DNA of 30,353 nt from positions 1 to 30,353 of IMG/VR virus record IMGVR_UViG_3300011338_000356; one strand, written 5' to 3'. The notes below the pieces were generated by a model. That model was given only the letters and a program-made list of their open reading frames with translations. It was not told the origin of the DNA and did not search any database. Positions 25,612 through 30,353 of this stretch are shown here, piece by piece. The position numbers and the translations under genes were made by a program. This DNA comes from a virus (taxonomy: Duplodnaviria > Caudoviricetes). The stretch's first letter is position 1, and the number at the start of each line of letters is the position of its first letter.

Positions 25612-26279
25612 AAATAAGATGTTCCCAAATCGGTAAATTGATGACTTCACCCAAAACAAAGGGTGAGGTCTTATCTAAAACTACAAAAACCTACATTCAA
25701 GAACTTGCAATCGAACATAAATACGGAATCCGTAAAGAGTTTTGGTCGCGATACACTGATAAAGGTAACGAAGTAGAAGACGAAGGTATTGAATTAGTTA
25801 ACGATGTTCTTGATTTAGGCTTCATCTACAAAAATGACGAGAACCTAACTAACGATTATTTAACGGGAACTCCCGATGTAAACACGAATGAGGTTCTTTT
25901 AGATGTCAAGTGTTCTTGGGATGCTACTACTTTTCCTTTTTTTGAGACTGAATGCCCAAATAAAGACTATTTTTTTCAGTTGCAAGGGTACTTATGGTTA
26001 ACGGGAAAAGACGAAGCATTGCTTTGTTATTGCCTTATAAACACACCATTTCAAATCGTAGAAGATGAGGTTAGACGTGAACATTGGAAGCAAGGGTTGA
26101 TAGATGAAAGTTTAGACGTAAGAGATTTTGTGCAGAAGAAGCATAACTTTGACCATATTCCGAAAGAAAGACGTTTAAAGGTGTTTAAAATAGTAAAAGA
26201 CGAAGCAGTGATAGAACAAATTAAAGAAAGAATAGAATTAGCAAGAGAGTATTATAACAATTTAATTAACGAATTATGA
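25608..26279 (+). CDS. YqaJ/lambda-exonuclease-like nuclease
   Basis: IRCSQIG, KGNEVED, GTPD...DVKC (PD-(D/E)xK) and Y.FQLQGY.WLTG; coupled to erf. Confidence 0.85.
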   Translation: MKIRCSQIGKLMTSPKTKGEVLSKTTKTYIQELAIEHKYGIRKEFWSRYTDKGNEVEDEGIELVNDVLDLGFIYKNDENLTNDYLTGTPDVNTNEVLLDVKCSWDATTFPFFETECPNKDYFFQLQGYLWLTGKDEALLCYCLINTPFQIVEDEVRREHWKQGLIDESLDVRDFVQKKHNFDHIPKERRLKVFKIVKDEAVIEQIKERIELAREYYNNLINEL

Positions 26280-26461
26280 AAGATTTAAAAGTAATGGGTC
26301 ACTATTATAACGTGACAAGAGAGGATCAAGTTGTCCAAATCAAAGATTTGCAAAAAACAAAAGTATGGTATGAAGTACTACGTCAATATGACAAAAACAC
26401 GATTACCGATTTTTGCTGCACCCGTGAAAGATTTAATAACATATATCGTGAGAAAAAATGA
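26276..26461 (+). CDS. Hypothetical protein
   Basis: ATGA-coupled 61-aa ORF. Confidence 0.6.
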   Translation: MKDLKVMGHYYNVTREDQVVQIKDLQKTKVWYEVLRQYDKNTITDFCCTRERFNNIYREKK

Positions 26462-26541
26462 GTAAGACAAGCACAAAAAGTAAAATCGAAGTCTTAAAAA
26501 TGTGGCTTCAAAGTATAAATCCCATAAAATATATTAAGTAA
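26458..26541 (+). CDS. Hypothetical peptide, 27 aa (absent from ORF track)
   Basis: MSKTSTKSKIEVLKMWLQSINPIKYIK fills the gap between two genes exactly. Confidence 0.45.
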   Translation: MSKTSTKSKIEVLKMWLQSINPIKYIK

Positions 26542-26542
26542 A

Positions 26543-26785
26543 ATGGAAAAGAGAGACAATTCAGGAGCGTTATTCACTAACGACAAGCGCGAAAAGGAAA
26601 CGCATCCGAACTATCAAGGTAAAGCTACGATTAACGGAGTAGATTATTACGTTAGCAGTTGGATTAAGGAAGGGAAAAATGGAAAATTCCAAAGCCTAAG
26701 TTTTAAACCCGTTCAGGAACAACCAAAGCCACAAGGTAGACCAAGTTATGGTCATGAATTCGATGAATTTTTAAATAACATATGA
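26543..26785 (+). CDS. Putative small ssDNA-binding protein (DUF736-like)
   Basis: SGALF.N..K..E.HPNYQG...ING..Y..SSW.K.GK.GKF.SL; in the recombination operon. Confidence 0.55.
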   Translation: MEKRDNSGALFTNDKREKETHPNYQGKATINGVDYYVSSWIKEGKNGKFQSLSFKPVQEQPKPQGRPSYGHEFDEFLNNI

Positions 26786-26985
26786 ATTACGCAGCACAAA
26801 TTTTAAGCGGAGCGAATGAGATTACTCGGTCAATGGTTAAACACTACCTACAAAAAAACGAAATCAGCTTGAACGCTTTTTCAAAAGAAGTAGGTATAAG
26901 ACAACCTAATCTTCATAAGTTTCTAAACGGACATAACCTATCAAGTAGGTCAATTGAAAGGCTTGGAGAGTTCTTCAGTAAGTAA
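26782..26985 (+). CDS. XRE/Cro-like helix-turn-helix regulator
   Basis: SLNAFSKEVGIRQPNLHKFLNG...LS..SIERL. Confidence 0.8.
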   Translation: MNYAAQILSGANEITRSMVKHYLQKNEISLNAFSKEVGIRQPNLHKFLNGHNLSSRSIERLGEFFSK

Positions 26986-26992
26986 ATTTAAG

Positions 26993-27022
26993 AGCGGAAC
27001 ATAAAAAATTCCGCTTTTTTTT
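26993..27022 (+). terminator. Rho-independent terminator
   Basis: AGCGGAA...TTCCGCT stem followed by a T run. Confidence 0.8.
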
Positions 27023-27043
27023 ATTTTGAATTATATTAATTAA

Positions 27044-27051
27044 TATATTTG
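27044..27051 (+). promoter_or_regulatory. Bacteroidota -7 promoter element TATATTTG
   Basis: Follows the terminator; leader AACAATTTAAAAACACGAATTATG nearly identical to the erf leader. Confidence 0.7.
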
Positions 27052-27081
27052 TAGACAATTAACAATTTAAAAACACGAATT

Positions 27082-27435
27082 ATGAAAGATTTAACAAGAG
27101 ATTGCCAAGAATGTAATGGTTGGGGAACTATAACAATCGAACACAACGGAACGGAAATTCCTTATCTACAAGATATAGTAGATTATGAATGTATGTCTTG
27201 CACGGGAACCGGAGAGCAATTAGACCCTGATTTAATTAAAGAACGTATTGATGAGGTTAACGATATGATTCAAGGTATGCAAGATAGAATGCGGGTAATA
27301 TCCGATACGATTATGTTTTGCAAAAAAGGATTACTTCACGAATTAGCTAAAAAATACGTTGATCGATTAGATACTTGTGCGCGTGGTGTTGGACGTTTAA
27401 ATATTTATAAGAATAAATTGCTTAAATTAGCCTAA
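27082..27435 (+). CDS. DnaJ-type zinc-finger protein
   Basis: CQECNGWG and CMSCTGTG (CxxCxGxG twice). Confidence 0.7.
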   Translation: MKDLTRDCQECNGWGTITIEHNGTEIPYLQDIVDYECMSCTGTGEQLDPDLIKERIDEVNDMIQGMQDRMRVISDTIMFCKKGLLHELAKKYVDRLDTCARGVGRLNIYKNKLLKLA

Positions 27436-27446
27436 AATTTTAGGCG

Positions 27447-27701
27447 ATGGATTTAATTTTTTTAGTAGCAGTTGCATGGTGGTTTGTTAATTTCGAACCC
27501 TTGCAGCTGCTTTTTGATTATATATTCAACCAAATTCAAGTCAATCACTTATCCAATTATATACATTCATCATTGGGATGTTGGAAGTGTTGGTCATTTT
27601 GGACAACGTTAATTTATTCAGGTAGCTTTCAACACGCTTGTTTAGCTGCGTTAATTGCTTTTACTATAGATATATGTTTGAACAAACTGAACTTGAAGTA
27701 A
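27447..27701 (+). CDS. Small membrane protein with CxxC (DUF1360-like pattern)
   Basis: Hydrophobic segments and SLGCWKCWSFW. Confidence 0.55.
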   Translation: MDLIFLVAVAWWFVNFEPLQLLFDYIFNQIQVNHLSNYIHSSLGCWKCWSFWTTLIYSGSFQHACLAALIAFTIDICLNKLNLK

Positions 27702-27877
27702 TCAATGAGATAAACGCTTCACAAGATGTAGTGAAATATTCAAAGGTTAGCTTAAATAAGTTAAAAAAGATTAAGGAACTAAAAACGGGAAAAAAGGAAA
27801 GTGAATGTTTCTGCTCAAATGTCCGTAGGCGGGTGTGGTTCAAAGATTTTATGTCTTGGTTTGAAAGCAATACTTGA
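27674..27877 (+). CDS. Hypothetical protein with CFC motif (start revised from 27638)
   Basis: ATG at 27674 (MFEQTELE...ECFCSNVRRR). Confidence 0.55.
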   Translation: MFEQTELEVINEINASQDVVKYSKVSLNKLKKIKELKTGKKESECFCSNVRRRVWFKDFMSWFESNT

Positions 27878-28391
27878 CCAGTACATTAATAAGAATTATT
27901 CTGAGATTAGAAAATACACTAATTATTTTTTGGTGCGCATGAATAGCACCATAACAGCAGATGTGGTAATTAATAACGCTTATCTTTACTTAGTAGAGTT
28001 AAATCCCGACTTAAACACGGAAAACGAGGTTAAAAGCTATCTTCTTAACACGATTAAAAAGCAAATATTGTGGAACACTTCACAATCGAACAAAGACGAA
28101 TCAGTTACAGCTATCGAATACACGAACAATGAAACAAATGATGATAGCGATTTAATATATAAGATAGAGCAAGAGCGTAAATATCAGCTTCATAAATCGT
28201 GCATCGAGATTTATAGAAACACGATTCAAGATAGGATTAAGTTAATTATATTCGAAGCGTATTACGATAAAGGTTACACTACTTCACGAGCAATGGGTAA
28301 ATACTTCAACCTTCCATATGTAACTGCTCACTATTGGATTAAAGAAATTAAAGAAGATTTAAAACGAATAAAACTTGAAAATGAAAATTAA
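27861..28391 (+). CDS. ECF-like RNA polymerase sigma factor (probable TTG start)
   Basis: Region 2-like ADVVINNAYLYL...SYL..TIK; region 4 HTH TSRAMGKYFNLPYVTAHYWIKEIKEDLK. Confidence 0.65.
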   Translation: MKAILDQYINKNYSEIRKYTNYFLVRMNSTITADVVINNAYLYLVELNPDLNTENEVKSYLLNTIKKQILWNTSQSNKDESVTAIEYTNNETNDDSDLIYKIEQERKYQLHKSCIEIYRNTIQDRIKLIIFEAYYDKGYTTSRAMGKYFNLPYVTAHYWIKEIKEDLKRIKLENEN

Positions 28392-28626
28392 AGACGAACA
28401 CAAGGGCAAGACTATCATTAAGTATGATTCAGTTCTTGGACAAAGACGAATTGAAGTAGATAAACTTGACCCGAAGCGATTTACTTACTATCAGTCAATC
28501 GGATTAGGTTACTTATTTGAACCCGAGCCAATCAATTACACGGGAACAGAACAAGAAGAACCGTTGTCTGAATCCGAATTAAATACTGAAAAGCCTAAAA
28601 GACGAAGAAAGAATGCCAAATCCTAA
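28375..28626 (+). CDS. Hypothetical protein
   Basis: KIKDEHKGK...GLGYLFE with basic tail; overlaps both neighbours. Confidence 0.6.
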   Translation: MKMKIKDEHKGKTIIKYDSVLGQRRIEVDKLDPKRFTYYQSIGLGYLFEPEPINYTGTEQEEPLSESELNTEKPKRRRKNAKS

Positions 28627-29377
28627 GCCGAACGAAACAAAAGACGAATTCATCAAACGTTGCATGGGTGATAAGGAAGCAAACAACAGCTTTCCTGAAG
28701 CAAATCAACGTTATGCCTTTTGTCAGAGCCAATGGGATGAGTCTAAACTGAATGCTTTTAAACGTTTGTTGGGTAGTGGTGAATTAATTTCGTTCGATTA
28801 TGACGATGTGTTCAGTACTAAGAAAGGCTTTGATATGGCAGTAGCCGAAAAGGCGAAAGGAAACCTTGTTTATTTGATTTCTGCACGTTCTAACAAGTAT
28901 AATATGACTGAACGAGCAACTGAAGCGGGAATACCATTAAACCGAGTGTATGCCGTTGGGTCAAACAAAGCAAAGATTCAAAAGATTTTAGATTTAGGAA
29001 TTGATACTCACTATGATAATAACCCAAATGTGATTGCTGAATTAGGTAAACACGGAAAATTGTTTCAAAACTTCGCTGAAACGTACAATGATTACCCTAA
29101 ACAAGCTACTGAAAACGCAAAGATTGCTTTAAGATATGCTAAAGAGTTCGGATGGGGAAGCTGCGGAACTGCTGTAGGTAAAGCAAGAGCAAATCAATTA
29201 GCAAAAGGCGAACCAATAAGTGAAGATACCATTTCAAGAATGGCAAGTTTTGAAAGACATAGACAAAATAGCCAAAAAGAACTCGGTGATGGATGCGGAA
29301 GATTGATGTGGTTAGCTTGGGGTGGTGATGAAGGAATAGAATGGGCGCAACGAAAATTAGAACAAATTAGAAAGTGA
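28613..29377 (+). CDS. Three-module protein with a central HAD-like domain
   Basis: N-terminal P.P...E...EFI.RCM...QR.A.C...W; HAD motifs ISFDYDD, ISAR, K, HYDNN; C-terminal DYP...CGT.VG..RA.QLA...WGG..G..WA. Confidence 0.65.
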   Translation: MPNPKPNETKDEFIKRCMGDKEANNSFPEANQRYAFCQSQWDESKLNAFKRLLGSGELISFDYDDVFSTKKGFDMAVAEKAKGNLVYLISARSNKYNMTERATEAGIPLNRVYAVGSNKAKIQKILDLGIDTHYDNNPNVIAELGKHGKLFQNFAETYNDYPKQATENAKIALRYAKEFGWGSCGTAVGKARANQLAKGEPISEDTISRMASFERHRQNSQKELGDGCGRLMWLAWGGDEGIEWAQRKLEQIRK

Positions 29378-29577
29378 GCTCATTATATCTGACAAGTGAT
29401 TATTACATCGTGTTTATGAATCCTGGTAAGCACAAAAGCGAATGGAACGCATTACGCTTAATTATGAAAGTAGCTGAGATTAACTATTGCGTGTTTATTG
29501 ATTATCGCTTATACGCTTTAGAGATTCATGCGGTAGAAAAAGACGAATTTGAAACATATAAATATAACCCTAATTAA
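29374..29577 (+). CDS. Hypothetical protein
   Basis: GTGA-coupled 67-aa ORF. Confidence 0.55.
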   Translation: MSSLYLTSDYYIVFMNPGKHKSEWNALRLIMKVAEINYCVFIDYRLYALEIHAVEKDEFETYKYNPN

Positions 29578-29579
29578 TT

Positions 29580-30026
29580 ATGCCAAAACCTAAACTAATA
29601 GAAACACCTGAAAGACTACTTCAGTTATTCAAAGACTATGTAAAACACGAATCAGAAAACCCAATGTATAGAGTAGATTACGTTGGTAAAGAAGGTAAGC
29701 AAGTTAAAACCCCACTTGAAACACCTATAACCTTTGACGGATTCGAAGTCTATCTTTATAACCAAGAAATCATAAACGATTTAGGTGATTACTCAAAGAA
29801 TAAAGAGGGTAGATATTCTGAATATGCCCCCATCATTGCGTATATAAGGAAACATTGCTACGTTCACAACTTTAAAGGAGCGGCAGTAAAATTGTTCGAC
29901 CCTAATCTAATTGCTCGTAAACTTGGAATAAAAGATAGCAGCGATGTAACCACAAATGGTGAATCGATAAATGAAATCAAGGTCAATATCATAAAGCCAA
30001 GTGACACAAACACGAATGAAATGTAA
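29580..30026 (+). CDS. terS: Terminase small subunit (P22 gp3-like)
   Basis: TPE.L...F..Y, P.TFDGF..YL and GAA...F.PN.IARKLG.KD; directly upstream of terL. Confidence 0.8.
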   Translation: MPKPKLIETPERLLQLFKDYVKHESENPMYRVDYVGKEGKQVKTPLETPITFDGFEVYLYNQEIINDLGDYSKNKEGRYSEYAPIIAYIRKHCYVHNFKGAAVKLFDPNLIARKLGIKDSSDVTTNGESINEIKVNIIKPSDTNTNEM

Positions 30027-30073
30027 ACGCATCTATAGGGTGAGTATAACCTAAATATGCAAATAGTGAGCAA

Positions 30074-30353
30074 ATGGAGTTAAATAGTACAATAATATTT
30101 GAAAAGAATTATAACGCACTTCAAAACAAAGGGGTGCGTTTCGTGATTAACGAGGGTGGTTCACGTTCAAGTAAGACCTATTCGCTATGTCAATTGCTTA
30201 TCGTTTATAGTTTGCAAAATCCGCAAAAGGTGGTTTCGATTATTCGTAAAACATTCCCCGCTTTACGAGCAACGGTTATGCGTGACTTCTTTGAGATTTT
30301 AAAAGAATTGAATATCTATTCAAGTGAACGACATAACAAATCGGAACACATCT
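30074..30353 (+). CDS. terL: Terminase large subunit, N-terminal part (continues across the origin)
   Basis: ATG at 30074 gives MELNSTIIFEKNYNALQNKGVRFVINEGGSRSSKTYS, with Walker A GGSRSSKT, in frame with 1..999. Confidence 0.93.
   Translation, partial: MELNSTIIFEKNYNALQNKGVRFVINEGGSRSSKTYSLCQLLIVYSLQNPQKVVSIIRKTFPALRATVMRDFFEILKELNIYSSERHNKSEHI
30227..30353. repeat. 127-bp terminal direct repeat, copy 2
   Basis: Identical to 1-127. Confidence 0.97.

Noticed and set aside
428-30073. Other short nested or antisense ORFs (428, 11551, 12057, 12390, 15437, 16936, 17186, 19651, 20330, 21512, 23752, 25283, 25308, 27664, 29864)
   Set aside because: They lie wholly or largely within better-supported genes and show no recognisable features.
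30227-30353. Terminal repeat as a biological direct terminal repeat
   Set aside because: It is exactly 127 bp, a common assembler k-mer size, and splits terL mid-gene. It is best read as circular assembly overlap.
1-30353. Alternative genetic code or prophage/host flanks
   Set aside because: Standard-code ORFs tile the genome densely, and no host genes, integrase or att-like context were seen.

Overview
The window is an apparently complete, circularly assembled, AT-rich tailed-phage genome with 30,226 unique bp. Bases 1-127 are identical to 30227-30353, and the join falls inside terL. The host is most likely Bacteroidota (probably Flavobacteriia): there are TAnnTTTG promoters and A-rich leaders without Shine-Dalgarno sites. 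Layout: terS-terL; a siphovirus-like tail/head module in unusual order (fibre, tip, tape measure, completion proteins, two inverted chaperone-like genes, protease, capsid, tail tube, portal, adaptor); holin-like and endolysin genes; then an early/middle region with small ORFs, a replication initiator plus helicase, NinG, a DNA methyltransferase, ERF plus YqaJ-like exonuclease, an HTH regulator and a sigma-like factor. I saw no integrase, CRISPR array, tRNA or reverse transcriptase. The most notable unexplained structures are: (1) a ~60-nt promoter-to-terminator unit (17581-17653) antisense to the shared translation-start leader of several early genes; (2) a CG-depleted array of paralogous mini-genes made of three conserved DNA blocks around hypervariable segments (18514-20241); (3) a two-hairpin leader with complementary loops before the replication operon; (4) a four-copy candidate late promoter, AACA-N15/16-TAATATAG, abutting start codons; (5) a three-copy 27-bp early promoter/operator; (6) a strong ACG-GGN codon-pair bias suggesting motif avoidance. 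All protein calls come from motif recognition and gene context, not database searches.
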